Below are positions 42,990 through 60,566 of a stretch of 64,000 nt of DNA, piece after piece; position 1 is the first letter of the stretch; the number at the start of each line of letters is the position of its first letter. Origin of the DNA: the human T2T-CHM13v2.0 reference genome, Homo sapiens. The stretch is taken from assembly GCF_009914755.1 (NCBI RefSeq), contig NC_060947.1; one strand, given 5' to 3'. The notes beneath the pieces are model-generated. The model was given only the letters and a program-made list of their open reading frames with translations, did not search any database and was not told the DNA's origin. The position numbers and the translations under genes are program-made.

Positions 42990-45774
42990 TAGGCCCTCGA
43001 AAGATCACTGTAATAGTTACTTTTTGTGCCTCTTGTCCTGTTTGTGGACAAAAGCCTTTTAAACTGGATTCTTTCTTTACGAAGAGAAAAACATCCTTAT
43101 GAAAGCCTATCATCCTTGGAATAAGGGTAAGATGACATTTCCTGCTCTGCCCCTCCCACCTCCCCCATACAAATCAGAAGTCTTTAGCAGTTCTGATGTG
43201 GTAAGTGGAAGAGAAGCAACTAGAACATCTTGTTCTGGAACACCTGAGTTACCACTTCGCCACTCACCTTTAATGAATAAAAACTGTGGACTACTTATGA
43301 CTAGTAAGAACATTTGTAGTGGACATTAACACGTCTTGCCCAAGAGACTGAGGTCAAGGGTTGTATTTATCTTGTTTACAGCTCTTATCACTTAGTAGGT
43401 ATTTGAGAAATATTTGCTGAGTAAATGAAAGAATAAGAAGGAAGAAAATAATACAGGGTAAGCAATTATGGGAGGAGAGGATAATAATAACAGCAATGAA
43501 ATTTAACAGAAAAGTAGACCAAAGACAAGCCCAGAGGTTGATATGCTCTCTAGCCTTTAGTTCCTGATAGGAAAATTTGGAACATATGCTGGCTGCCAGT
43601 CTCCATAGATCACCCTAAGACTGATGCATGTGTACCACTCTGAAGCATGTAGTTTGAAATTGTCACCTTCTAGGGACAAACTCTAAGACCTGGGAAAGAA
43701 AAAGATGCAAAGAAAGAACAGAGAAGAAAAAGCAACACTTTTTTCCTATTCTTGTTCTGCATAAGTGCATTTTCAATGAAAAATTTTAGATTTTAACCCC
43801 AACCCATCAGTACTATTGCTAAATTGGAGAACAGTATTGGAGAAGGTGGTGGCATGAAATGTTCCGTTTACATTTACATAAATGTTCTGTTTCTATTCTC
43901 AGGGCTATTTTCTGGTTTAAGTAAGGGTGTTTGTCCATTTATAAGCTTCAATAAATTAGAGTACATTTTCATTTCGGAAGTATGCTTGCATTTCATGTAA
44001 GGCACCCAGACTCTACAAGCACCTTCATGTGCCTGATAACACTAATCAAGTTCCTACCTATCTAACAAGTAATTGGCCTTGAAAATAAGCGAATCCAGAG
44101 TATAATTTATGAGTTTTTATCTTTTCTCTGCTGTGGGCTAAGCTGCCTGAGGTTATAAATGCTTCCCAATCATTTCTAGTGGAAGCTAAACAACAAAAAT
44201 GAAAAACAGTACTCAACACTCTACACAGAGGGTTCACAAAGCAAACAAAGGAAGTCAAAAAGAGGGGAGGGTGCAGCTGGGTACTTTCTGAAATTTGTAT
44301 CTTGAGAGTTTTCGATTGGTTAACTCAATATATTGTATTTGAAAAAGGAGGGATGAATGGTTTATTTGCTCCTGTAGTCACAACTTTAAATTTCTTGGTT
44401 TCAAGGTCAAGATGAGGTCTTCCTTTTACAGCTTAACTTCAAAGATTTAGAACCGTAAAGGACCTTTACATCACCCAGTCCAAAGATGCATATAGGCCAG
44501 CTGAGTTATATCTGACCAACAGATATGGTTTGGTCCATCCTGTGTTGTTGTTGTTATTGTTTTAGTCAGCTGTGAAAATTTAAAATCATGACATTTCATA
44601 TAAAAATCCTGTCTTGGGAGCATCTCCCGAAAAGTTAGTGGATCTGGCAATACTGGGTCTGAATTCCAACATGGAAACAATGCGCCAGGGCTCTAGAGGG
44701 GCTACCTCCTTCAGGCAGGTCATGAAGATTTCAGATTACCATGGTACTCACTACTCCTCAGTATTTCTCTGAGACTTTGTTTTCATTTATCATCTCACAC
44801 AAGGCTACTGTTTTTTCTTATACTAGGCCTGCTTCATTCATTTATGATACCTGCCTGGTCCCTGCAAGTGTTTGAGTTTGAGACCCATGATTTAGACTAA
44901 CCCATTTGCTTTACAGATGAGGGAACTCTATATGCCTTCCTGTGAAGCCATCTTCAGAGATTTTACCAAGAACACACAACCAGTCAATGACAGGGGGAAG
45001 ACTAGACTCCAAATTTCAGGCCACTGTTTCCATTGATATCCCATATTCTCTCTGATAGAGCCTAATCGATTCCTCCCCACTTAAAAATTTATTGATAAAA
45101 AATTTTTTTGGCCTTATTGAGGTATAAGTGACAAATAAAAATTATACATGTGTACAGATATGAAATTTTATAAAGGAGTGAGTTCCATCCTTAATTAGTT
45201 TCACAGACTTTTTAGTTGTCTAATGATGAGGTATCTTCCCATTGCAACACTCTGACCCATATTCCTCGGCTGACTGCAGTTGTCTGCCTCTCTTGCAATC
45301 AAGACAAACTTGGTCCATTCCTTACTCCTGAACTCATAAGTTTTGCAACATCTCTCTACCTTGAAAACCCCATAGCATCCAGATGAGACTGTTGACACAG
45401 GTGCCTATCTCGCTAGGATTAAGTGCATTCTTTCCACTTCAAGGCAATCTGAATGGAAATACTTGATACTATTAAATTGTGCTACTGCATCCACATAGAG
45501 AGATGAACTGCCTTCCTTTGCCCCCTCCCAACTTCGTATCTTTATTGCAGAAATATACAAAGAGATAAATAGGAAACTGATAAACCGACAGAGAACTGAA
45601 CTATATTGGGTTGGGGTACAGATTACCACAGATGGTTTAAAATAGTTTCCAGATGTCACATTACTCTGGAAAATTTGAAAATGGCAGTAGCACCAGCCCA
45701 AGCAGCTCAGGGTAAAGAAACTTTTATCCAATTTACAAAGCATCCAAAAGGTAGAGTCAAAATTACACACTCAG

Positions 45775-46335
<561 letters not shown>

Positions 46336-46649
46336 TTAAATAAAATTACACACTCTGCAGCTATGGCCTTCATGCACAGGGTGATCACGTCTTGTTGTTC
46401 CCATTCTAGTTTACACAGGCCAAATAGCATCGTTCATTGTTTTGGAACACAAGTACATACCACATGTTCATCATGGTGGCATTTAAGATTTCAGGTAAGT
46501 TTTCTGAATGGTAGACAGGGAAGCCGAGAGTGGGAGGAAATGAGAGAATTGATTAGAGCCATAGTATCCATCTTGTAAATCTTTCATCTTTCTCTGCCCA
46601 AGTCTGGGGTGGGGTTAGGGGGGTAAGGAAAAGATTTAAAAGTTGCTCA

Positions 46650-47054
<405 letters not shown>

Positions 47055-47329
47055 CTATGGCCGCTACAGTCCAAGTATAGGTGAGGAGAGCTCTGTCAAG
47101 TCCAGTTTGGGAACAGAGATTCACTAGTTAGAGCAAGAAACCGCTCTCTTCTAGACTCAGATTCGACTTGGAGTCTGGGATGGAAAGCCCAGGAGTACCA
47201 CTTTGAACTTGACTCTTGATTGGCCCCGATTCCAATCGTCAACATACTTGCTGTGAAACTTGAACAAGACAAAAGCAAGCATCCCAGCGCCCCATCCAGA
47301 GTCCAACTCCAGGGACGTGAAGAGTCATG

Positions 47330-48320
47330 AGAACAGCGGCTTCCGTGGCGGCTCCTTTCGCAGCCCCTCAGGCAGGGTGTAGCCGATCTGTCGGGGGCAC
47401 CGACACTCAGCAGCTCCTCACAAAGAGTCCTGACCAGTGTGTCCTCTCAAGTCAGCGGAGAGCTGAGCCAGGGCAGAAGAGCGGGCGCAGAAGAAGGAGG
47501 GCAGAAGAGGGGATTCAGTTCAGTGCCTAGGTATCCTAGCTATTGCTAGGCTGTAGCTATCAGCTGGCCCGCTCACCTGCGCGCTCTCAGGACCTTTGCC
47601 GAGTCCAGGGTTCTCAGGATAGCTCCTCGGATTCCCCCAAGCCCCGCCCCCAAGACCGCCTGGCCCGGGAGTGGAGTATTGTCACCACCCTGTCTCCGAA
47701 TGCAGTGTTGAGGGACAGAAGCAGAGCGCGCTCGCTCTACAGGATGAAGAAAAGGCTGGAGGGGCTGCTTCTCCTCGGAGAAACTTTGCTAGTGAGAGGC
47801 ACGATGTGCGGGGCGCCAACCTGGCTGGACGGAGGTCGCCAAACTCTTGGACGCCGTCTGCTGCCAGGGTCCTGCCTGGTCTGCGATTCCAGCTGCGAGA
47901 GGTCGGCAGCTTCAAAAACTAAGGCACCGGGACGGCGGGGGCGGGCGAGATGGGCGGGACGGCTGCGGCCAAACAAAACCAGCCGGAGAGTTCCCGGGCA
48001 GGCGGCCAGCCGAGGGATGCTCGTTGTGGAGTGGCGGGACAAAAAGGGGCTTGGGCCGCTCTTCAGAAGCACTTCTGACCACCACCTCCAGACCCAGGCA
48101 GGAGCCACAGCTTTACTCCTCCCTAGGAGCAGCAGGCCCCCACTTCTACCCCGCCCTCCCTAACTAGTTAAGTGACTTGCTTCAACACTCACTCTACCCA
48201 CGCTGTTAGGCAGGTGTGTCTCCCTCCGCCGCAGGGTGGAACCTCCCTAGGTCCTATTGCCCTCCAGATAATATCATGAAGGGGGAACCTGGGAGGAATA
48301 GGGTCAGAGTTTTCGGCGGA
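47330..48320. promoter_or_regulatory. XKRX: CpG island / XKRX promoter and 5' UTR
   Basis: High GC and CpG density against a CpG-depleted background. GC boxes (ccccgcccc 47642, ggcggggggcggg ~47933, gggcggg ~47952). Immediately 5' of exon 1. Confidence 0.85.
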
Positions 48321-48687
48321 GGGAAGATAGAACAGGATAAAGGTCAAGACTCAAGGTCAGCCCACAGACACTGAAAGCTCATATTTTATGCCTTGATTTC
48401 TCCACTTGCAAAATGAGGCCAGGATAGGAGCTTTAGAATGAACTTACAGGTCTTTGGTTGAAAGGTTATGAAGAGGTGCCAAATTCTAAACAGACTGGCA
48501 AAGAGCCAAGAGAGAGCTGTTAGTAAAAACTGAGAGGGGTGTCTTAAAGAGCTTTGAAAATTACCTGTATTCTTAAGTGTAATCCTCCCCACCTCACTGA
48601 GCTTTTGTTTTCATATCTTCATTTGCATAATTCTAAACCTCAGAGAAAAAGAGAACACATCTGCCTCCTGGTAATAATATAGATGAA

Positions 48688-49016
<329 letters not shown>

Positions 49017-49055
49017 TTATGTAGCAGAGCCTGTGCCAATCTCCTTTTGCTGCAG

Positions 49056-49439
49056 GAAGTCAGTAAAACAAATCTATGTGAGGAGTGGCCAAGTAGCAGC
49101 CACCAAAATAATGGCCTCCAGGTTGTCCTGTCATTATGTTGTTTTTTGTTTTTTTAAGGTTTCCATGATTGCTGCCTCCTTTCCCCAGGGCTGATTCAGG
49201 GACAGATTCAACATCTAAAGGTTGTCACCTTCTGAAGCAGACTCCGCATCTTGGTCTGCACCTATGCTAGCAGCTGGGCTAGGAGGCTGCTCCTTTCTCC
49301 TTTCCATTTCATGAAGGAGGTCAACACTATTGAGAACAACTTCAGAGAGTGTTCTTTTTCTTATTAGTTGGGACATTCCAACTGGGACAAGGTTCTCCAC
49401 CACCAGTATATGGTGCAGAACCTCTTGGGGCTGCTCTAG
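49056..49439 (+). pseudogene. Candidate decayed coding exon with C2-domain-like pattern
   Basis: Acceptor ctccttttgctgcag| and donor TAG|GTAACT. Over 49191-49439, GC3 is 55/83 and GC2 is 26/83. Three stops and one frameshift at a poly-T. Homology judged by eye only. Confidence 0.45.
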
Positions 49440-49519
49440 GTAACTGTTCACAAGGTGAATCTCAGGCAAGGTGACCAATTAATCCCATTTCACTGGGATA
49501 GGGTGAGTTGGTCCCCCTA

Positions 49520-49895
<376 letters not shown>

Positions 49896-51552
49896 TTACC
49901 TTTTAGCCTTTCCTCCTTCTTCTCCATGGCCTTGTCTCTCCCCAAATACAAAAATTTACAATGCCTTCCTACTTTGTTCCAAAATGACTCCTTCTGTCTG
50001 TCATTCAAGGCTCTATATAATCATCACACTACTTCCCTCTCAGATTTTATTGCCCACACTACTCCTTCCACAAGGCCAGCCAGTTTTCTCACTTCTCCTA
50101 TTTGCGTTGCTCACTCCCACCTCTGCCTTGTTGATGCGATTTACAACCCCCTTCACCCTTTTCTCCATTAGTCCAAACCATAACTTTCTTTCAAGGGTCA
50201 GCCGAAGTGCTCCCACCTCCAAGAAGCCTTCTGTCACCTCCCCAACCCTCATTTTTCTCTCTTCATGCTACTGGCACATGCTCTCTCATACTAGTCCTTC
50301 AACTATTTCTGTGTTTGTCCTGCCTCCCCCCAAAAATGTAAAGTTAGTGAGGGAAGGATGCTCAATGACTGTTTATTGTGGCACTTGTTGATGACAATGG
50401 TGATTGACAAATGGTGATGATGATGACGCTTCCTCCCCCATACTTCCTCCTTGAAACCATGCAAGACTCAGACACACTCATCTCTAAAAGCTGTGGCCAC
50501 TGTAGCTGGGGCATAAACTCCTCTGGCTGAATGAGCACTGTCTCATTCAGCCATCAGCTCACAGAGGTTCCCAGACCACATGATCTGTCCCTTCTCAAGG
50601 ATTTCTATAGCATTCTTTTGTTTATACCAGAGTGTAGCACCAAAATTATTTCAAGTATATTAATTTTTATTCCCCAACTAAATTATCACGGGCTCCTTGA
50701 GGGCAGAGCCCTTATTACTGTACTTTTGTTGGACTCCCCCATGACTGGTATAGACCTGTAAAGTTCCTGTCATCTGATCACCCTCACCCACCAACTTCTC
50801 TATTTTCAGCCCTAGGATTCTCTGGCGCTTTAGGTCACTAAATCCTCTGGTCTCTTATTTCCCCGTTCCTTTGCCCTGCTGGGAGTAGCTAACTGAGAAT
50901 TTGCTGTTTCTGTCCAAACACTCTTTGCTCTCTCAGGCCATCTCAAGATTCCAGCTCTTTACTCTTCTTGGGACTAAAGATGCTGGAAATGTTGGCAGTC
51001 ATAAGGCTGCTGAGGCTCTAGGAACCCCTGTCCCATTAAAAGCACTGATCTCCCACAGACTAGTCATCTGAGGTGACACCTAGGCTGCCTCCTGAATGCC
51101 AGGTAGTGTTCAAGCATAAATTTCTCCTCCTGAGAAGCACTAGAATTCTGCAAGAAAGGGGAAGAACAAGATCTGACTCCTTACCACTCTATTTCCAACC
51201 ACTGACTCAACAGGAACAAAGAGCGCATCTAAAAGCCATGTGGTCTAAAAGCTCTTGGCATCTTTATCAGCATTCAGAATCCCTCTATAAGGCTCAGGGA
51301 TGGGGTTGAGCTTTCCAAGCCTCTGCAGCCTGAAGACTGCCCAAAAGCCTCCAAGGAATGGATGTGTAAGAGGTGCGTGGCATCCATGAGGAAAGAGGAG
51401 AGGAAGGACAGAGATGTGCAGCAAGTGGCTGACAGTCCAGTCACAGAACACTTATTGGTGGGAGGTGATGGGCAAGGCCCAGAGAATCAATAGCCAGAAT
51501 GGAAGATGGCTTCCCTCTAAAGAATGCTCAGTTTGGGCTGTTAGAATGCTTA

Positions 51553-52208
<656 letters not shown>

Positions 52209-52539
52209 CTAGGTCTTATTTTTCTTTTTGCTATAAACTCCCTGAGAACAAAGACCCTTGCCTGTTAGTTCTGAGCCACTCCCTCATCAGTATCATCCAT
52301 AGCTGGGATTTGGGCCTGGAGTTAAAACAGAAGTAACTTCCCTGCAGCCCTCACCCCTAGCATTTTTCTTCAACAAATCTGGTTAGAAATGACATCTAAA
52401 TTAGTCTTGAAGGGAAAGAAGTGCTGCCACATAATGCAGCATGGCATTTGGGATGTTGGGTGTTGCCAGGCAGCTGGCAAGCTCTATTTATATTGCCTGG
52501 TGGAAGAGAAGGGTCAGGGAGGGGAATATAATGATATTA

Positions 52540-53620
52540 TTTAATTTTTTAAATAATACTCTTTATTTGGAAATAACTCATATGCCATACAATTCACCCA
52601 TTTAAAGTGTACAATTTAGTAGTTTTAGTACAAAGTCATGCAGTCATTACCACAACTTAGTGCCGGAACATTTCATCACCCCAAGAAACCCATACCCATT
52701 AAGCACTCATTCCCCATTCCCCACTCCTCGCAGCACTAGGCAACCATGAATCCACTTTCCATCTCAATATATTTGTCTATTCTGGATAGAATCATACAAT
52801 ATATGATCATATATGACCTTTTGTATCTGGTTTCTTTCACTTAGTATGATGTTTTCAAGGTTCATCCATGTCGTAGCATGTATTAGTACTTCATTCCTTT
52901 TTATGGTAATACTACACTGTATGGATCTATCACAGAGAAACAACCAATTGGCACAAGGGGATGGGTGGAGATATATTTTAAGAAATTAGCTTATGCAATT
53001 TAGGGGACTGGCAGGTCTGAAACTTGGGGCAGGCTGGCAGGCTGGAAATTCAGAAAAGAGATGGTGTTGCAGTCTTGGATGCAAAGGCTTGAAATGCAGG
53101 CAGAATTTCTATATCGCAGCCTGAAGGCAGAATTCCTTCTTCTTCAGGAGACCTCGGCCTTTGCTCTTATTGCCTTAAACTGATTGGATGAAGCCCACTG
53201 ACATTATGGAGGGTAATCTATCTACTGATTTTGTTAATCCCCTCTGAAAAATACCTTCACTACAACATCTAGACTGGTGTGTGACCAAACAACTGGGCAC
53301 AATAGCCTAGCCAAGTTGACACATAATATTAACCACAACAGGATTGTCTCCACTTTTTGGCTCTTATGAGGATCATTTGCATGAATATGTGTTTTCAGTT
53401 CACTTGGGTACATACTTGGGAGTAAAATGCTAGATCATATGGTAACTATGTTTTGAGGGATCGCCAGACTCTTCTAAAGTGGCTGCACCATTTTACATTT
53501 CCATCAGCCGTGTTCAGCCGTGTATGATGGTTCCACTTTTTCCACATACTTGACAACAATTTTTATCTGTCTTTTTAATTATAGTCATCCTAGTGGATTT
53601 GGTTTGCATTTCCCTGAGAG
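52540..53620 (-). mobile_element. L1M 3' end interrupted by an MLT2-like LTR (~52930-53340)
   Basis: ccatacaattcacccatttaaagtgtacaat L1 motif; gcctagccaagttgacacataa MLT2 motif. Confidence 0.7.
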
Positions 53621-54079
53621 CTAAATTGATTGACTGAGAGAGAGTGTGTGTGAGAGAGACAGAGAGAGACAGAGAGAGACAGAGAGAGAGAGAGTATGTA
53701 AGGGCATTTGAACACCAGCTGGTTACGTTCATTCAGTTATTTCACTTTTCTTCTTTTTTACTTAGTCAGATATAGCATTGTGGGGCATTCAGTTACTTCA
53801 ATAAACATTTATTTGTAAATATTTATAATTGCAATCAGCAAGACAAAGATCTTTGCTCTTAAGGAGGTCACACAGTATAGTGGACATTTGTCCTTTGTGG
53901 GGGTTGCTGTCCAGCATATGAACCCCTTTATTTGGGAGAGGGGGCTTAGGAATCTTGGTGGGAAGCAGGTCCCCCTTGCAGTCAGAACACAGGCACATGA
54001 CCTTGGCTCACCCAATCCAAGGATCCATCCCTTGGACTGGGAGCCAGCGACCCAAAGCAGTGGAAAATCTCTGATTGAG

Positions 54080-54530
54080 ACAGCTACGAAAATGTGCCTT
54101 TCAGTTCTCCCAGCATGGGGAATGTAAATGACCTTGGCCCTAGCTAGCTGCTAGGTTCTAAATTCAGCCCAATATTCGCAGCTTTTCTTTGAGGCCACAT
54201 TGCTTCCAGCCAGTGACTGAGCACAGCAGTGATACTAAGTCAGATCCATTTCCGGAAGACAGAACTATTCCAATAGGCAGCTTTGGCTAAAGGACTCCCA
54301 TCAGCTAGGGCAAATTTTATTAGAACTGCTCTTCAGGCCAAGACTCTTCCTTCCGAAACTTCTTCTTGCCTTCTCTTATCCATAAATGTCAGATTTACAT
54401 TGCAGTCTGACAGTTCTTCCAGCCTCTTCCAGTTCTCACGCTTTCTGTCATGGGCATTTCCCTCAATCAATCTCTTGCATATCTAATTCCATCTTAGTAT
54501 CTGCTCCTTGGAGAATCTGAGTTAACACTG
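54080..54530 (+). mobile_element. ERVL LTR16-like fragment
   Basis: tctcttgcatatctaattccatcttagtatctgctccttggagaa LTR end motif. Confidence 0.5.
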
Positions 54531-54900
54531 ATGGCAGTTAGAGTGGTGGTGGTAGGCACTCACTAGTGCTAGGGAGGTGATCTGGTAATGGCCCAAGATT
54601 CGTGAACTTTCCTGTTGCTTTCAACTCTTAGCTTGTCCATTGAGTCATCATGTAGTCCAGGGAGAGTCCCTTTCTCCTCTTGGTGGTAGTAACAGTGGCA
54701 GCTGTGATGTTGGCTATATAGGCCTGAGTCTAGTTCTCCAGTCCAGCTGGTGATTTTGTGAGCTATTCAATATGCTTTCAATATATACGTTTTCTGCCTA
54801 AATTAGCCAGTCAATTTCTGTTGCTCACAACTGAAAACCCTCTGGATTATACAGGGAAGTGACAAAAACATTCAATCACAATACAGCATGATAAAGGTTG

Positions 54901-55622
<722 letters not shown>

Positions 55623-55676
55623 GGTTGTAACAGAAGCACAGGGTCTGTGGGAGCACATGGGGCACCTAACACAGCC

Positions 55677-56058
<382 letters not shown>

Positions 56059-56965
56059 TAAGCTGCTTCAAATTGAAAGACTTGTGACCATCTCCCCAGT
56101 TTACCATTTCTTAGGCAGTAGTTTTCATAGTTAAGTTCATATAAGAATAACTTGAGGGCAGAGAAGGACTACTTGCAGACTCCAGAGTGCCAACTTTTGA
56201 ACAATGCAGGTGGTCAGAGGACTATACTTCGAGAAAAACTGTCCTAGGGATAGCTCTACAGTCTACTCCTAGTACAGTTTTATCCATCATCCTAGTGTTG
56301 ATTTCAAAAACGTTTGTAGCAGTTTACACCTCTGTGTCCTGGGCCAGAGTTAAGGTCAACTTCAGAGTCATTCGCACACAAGGGTCTGTCCCTGACACCA
56401 AGGCTCTTGATTTCCTTGGGCTGCAAACAAAGAATATTACTTCCCTAATATAATTCAGTAATAATGAAACTCTGTGTGCACATTTTCATATTCTTCCTTA
56501 TTGGGTACATTAAGCACTTGTTGGACCTTAAGCTGCTCAATCTTATGGTCAAGAAAAGGAGATATTCCAGCAGTGCCAAGAGAAGAAAAGGACTCTCTCT
56601 AGACTACATCATGATGACTCAATGGACCAGCTAACAGTAGAAAGCAATGGGAAAGATCATGAATCTTGGGCCATTACCAGATCACCTCCCTAGCACTCCT
56701 GCCTCACTTATTTGCCTTTACTACTAAAGAAAGGATCCCGAAACCATAAAGGACTTTGGTTTTAATTTTAAAAGAAAAAAGTAGTTATTATTAGAGTAGT
56801 TATTAGTAGTGTCCAGAGCAGCAGAGAAAGTAGGGAAAGTCAGGCTGACAGAGTCAGACCCTAGAAAGAGAAATCAGGTAGACCGGATAGTGACATCACA
56901 GTGGGCCGGAAAATGCACAGTCCTGCTTTTTAGGACAGAAATCAGGCCATGCCAAATCTCTCTCA

Positions 56966-57364
<399 letters not shown>

Positions 57365-58163
57365 TCATGTAATCTTGGGTTTCTCTGGAATCTCTAAGAT
57401 CTCTTCTAGCTCTAACATCCTGTGACTCCCTATTTAAGCATGGCAAATTGATTCTACACACAGCACTGTGGTTATACAGCCACTTGAAGAGGTCAATCAC
57501 CAAAGTGTCCTAACCAATTTCTCCTAAAGATATACTCTCACATGTGAAATATGTATAATCATGTTGATAATCACCAAAGATGAGATGCAATGCAAATATC
57601 CATCAATAAAGAACTGCTAAAATACATTCTGGTACATCTGCAGTAATTATGAAATACTTAGATTCCACATAGTGCTGCCCTATAGCCATAAAGAAGCTCT
57701 GTATGTGCTGATATGAAACAGTCTCCAGTATATATTAAAGGAAAAAAGCAAGGTGCAGGATATCATTTATGGTATGCTACAATTTGTATAAAACTTAAGG
57801 ATATAAAGAAAAAATATAAGGTTATACATATACATACATGTATAGCAGATCTCTGAAAGGATACACAAGAAACTGGTAGCTGATTGCCTCCAGGGAAGTG
57901 AAATGGACAACTAGGGAGATGGCAGGGAATATATGTATTAATCTTGTCAAAACATTAAAAAAAGAATCTTAACCAACTGTGCCATAGACCTCTCTTTTTC
58001 AACTATCTAACAGAACCTAAGAGATCAAAGTTAGGAGTGACTTTGTTTCTTAAAGCAGAAAGAAGATTTTGAGGCAATGTTTTGGCTCAGCCTGGCTCAG
58101 AAGTGTGTAGGTAGCTATCGTGGGTCTTAGCTGTTTCCTTCCCTCCCCGCCCTTGACTTGCAG

Positions 58164-58345
58164 GTGCATCTTGAGAGTTGCTTCAGGCAGCTGACAATGC
58201 AAAGGAAACTGGAGAGGCTAGAAGCCTCTGTGTCAGTGAGGCCTGGAAGAAGAGTGAAGCAGCAACCGGAAGTTCACGTATTCCCAAGTAAGGCACCTGA
58301 AGAGACTTTCTCACCCCTTCAGAAACCTGTTGCCACACCTCCAGG
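58164..58345 (+). other. Candidate exon (182 nt, phase-0 frame fully open)
   Basis: Polypyrimidine tract plus ttgcag| acceptor and AGG|GTAAGT donor. Translates VHLESCFRQLTMQRKLERLEAS...PVATPP. Confidence 0.35.
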
Positions 58346-59862
58346 GTAAGTCATGGGATCAGCTGACACCAGGCCACATGCCCAGATAACAAATCAAATT
58401 TTATTTCCACTATCAGTCCCCCTGAAGAGCAAAAGAGTGTCCATTCTTTTCTTCAGAAATAAATATCACAAATAGCATCCACTGAAAGCTAGTAGCAATC
58501 TAAAAAGGACAAAGTTTAAAAAGATATATCATTCATAGCCAAGAACTAATCACAGATTAACACAATCAGTGGGAAAAACAATTCATCCTGTTTAGACTTA
58601 TTTTATGAAGGATAATCATATATAAAATTAACTGAAGCACTATGCTTTGAAATACAACTCATTCAGCAAAAAGCCTAGCACTCAGTTTTAACATACCAAA
58701 TGGGCACATTTAACATGTTTTTGTGTGTGTGAAAGGTAATTGACTGGTTTTAACTATTATACAAATTGTAATAAACTAAGGGGCTCTTTAGTTTAAATAA
58801 TATTAATACCAACATTTATTGAGTGCTTACTATGTGCCAAGTACTGTTGTGAGCCCTTTATGATCTAATTTAACACCTGCAATGTCCTTATGATTTAGGA
58901 GCTATAATCATCTCCAATTTATAGAAAAGGAAGTTGAAACGCAGAAAAGTTATGAAAACTTGTCTAAGCTAAAATCACTTAGGTAGTAGAGCTCAGATTT
59001 GAACCAAGGAAGTCAGGCTTTGGTCCCTGGGCCCTAGTCATTTAAAACAGCAAACAAATTGTGTTGAAAATTAAAATATGGCCTGCAGGGAAATTTTAGG
59101 AGTCAATTTGACAATTCCAAGGGTACCAGCCAGAAAGAAAATCTGAATTTGTGAAGTTCATATCTGAACTACTTTAACAGTCACCTAACTGGTTTCCTTA
59201 CTCTAGTTTCTACATCCTACACTGTCCCACCCTATTGAGCTTCCAAAGATACTGCTATTATCACATCACTCCCTTCAGCAAAAGCTCCCATGGGCTCCTT
59301 TCTGTCTATCTAATAGATCTCAAACTTGAATGTGCATCATCAACATCTGGGGAGCTTGCTCAAAATACTGATTTCTTAGGCTCCAACCCAGAAAATTTGA
59401 TGTAGTAGGTCAAGGTGGGGCCTGAGAATCTATGTTTTAAGCAAGCCTGGCAAAACATCAGCCTATGTGGACAGCCCAAACTCTGTGTGATAGCATTCAA
59501 GACTGTCCATGACCTGGCCCAAACACGCCTAACTCCCAATATGAGTGCTCTATTTTAGAATAGTCATTGTCCTCAAACTTCTCATGTAGGAGATATTTTT
59601 TAACTGCAAACATTTGCCCACCCCCTCCAACCCATCAGAATAACCTCTTGCCTTCTTTTCTCCTATCCACTGTACATCCCTCTAGCTCAAGCCCAAGTTT
59701 CACTTACTTTATAAGACTCTCTTTAAATTCTCCGGCCCAGTGGATATTTGTTTTCTGAATAATTAAGTCTCTACTGTCTGACCCCAATTCTTTTGGTATT
59801 TAACTGGTCTCAAGAGTATATGCCTTGCTTCCCTAATAACAATGATGGCTTTTTCAGGGCAG

Positions 59863-60370
<508 letters not shown>

Positions 60371-60566
60371 AAGAGTCTGCTGTGGCTGTCACAGCTGCAG
60401 CTACCTTCTTACATATTCTCCCTATAAACATTGCTTCCTGTGAACTTAACTAAATATGTATCCTGAGAACAAAAAGTGATGGAATTTCTTCTTAAACTCT
60501 GATTCCCATTTCCAGTAAAAATAAGGAGCTCAGAAGATGGGTTTCAAATGTAAATATCACTCAGCG

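Noticed and set aside
44685-44705. CTCF-like gctctagaggggc
   Set aside because: Mismatches at key core positions; probably inside a MER element
47543-48163. 206-aa plus-strand ORF and overlapping ORFs in the CpG island
   Set aside because: Non-ATG start, Arg/Gly/Pro-rich composition and stop scarcity expected from high GC; no recognisable domain
49215-49478. 87-aa minus-strand ORF as a gene in its own right
   Set aside because: Composition and codon alignment indicate it is the antisense of the plus-strand coding-like frame
56187-56760. 88-aa ORF and adjacent protein-looking frames
   Set aside because: No convincing splice sites or recognisable motif; possibly an old repeat
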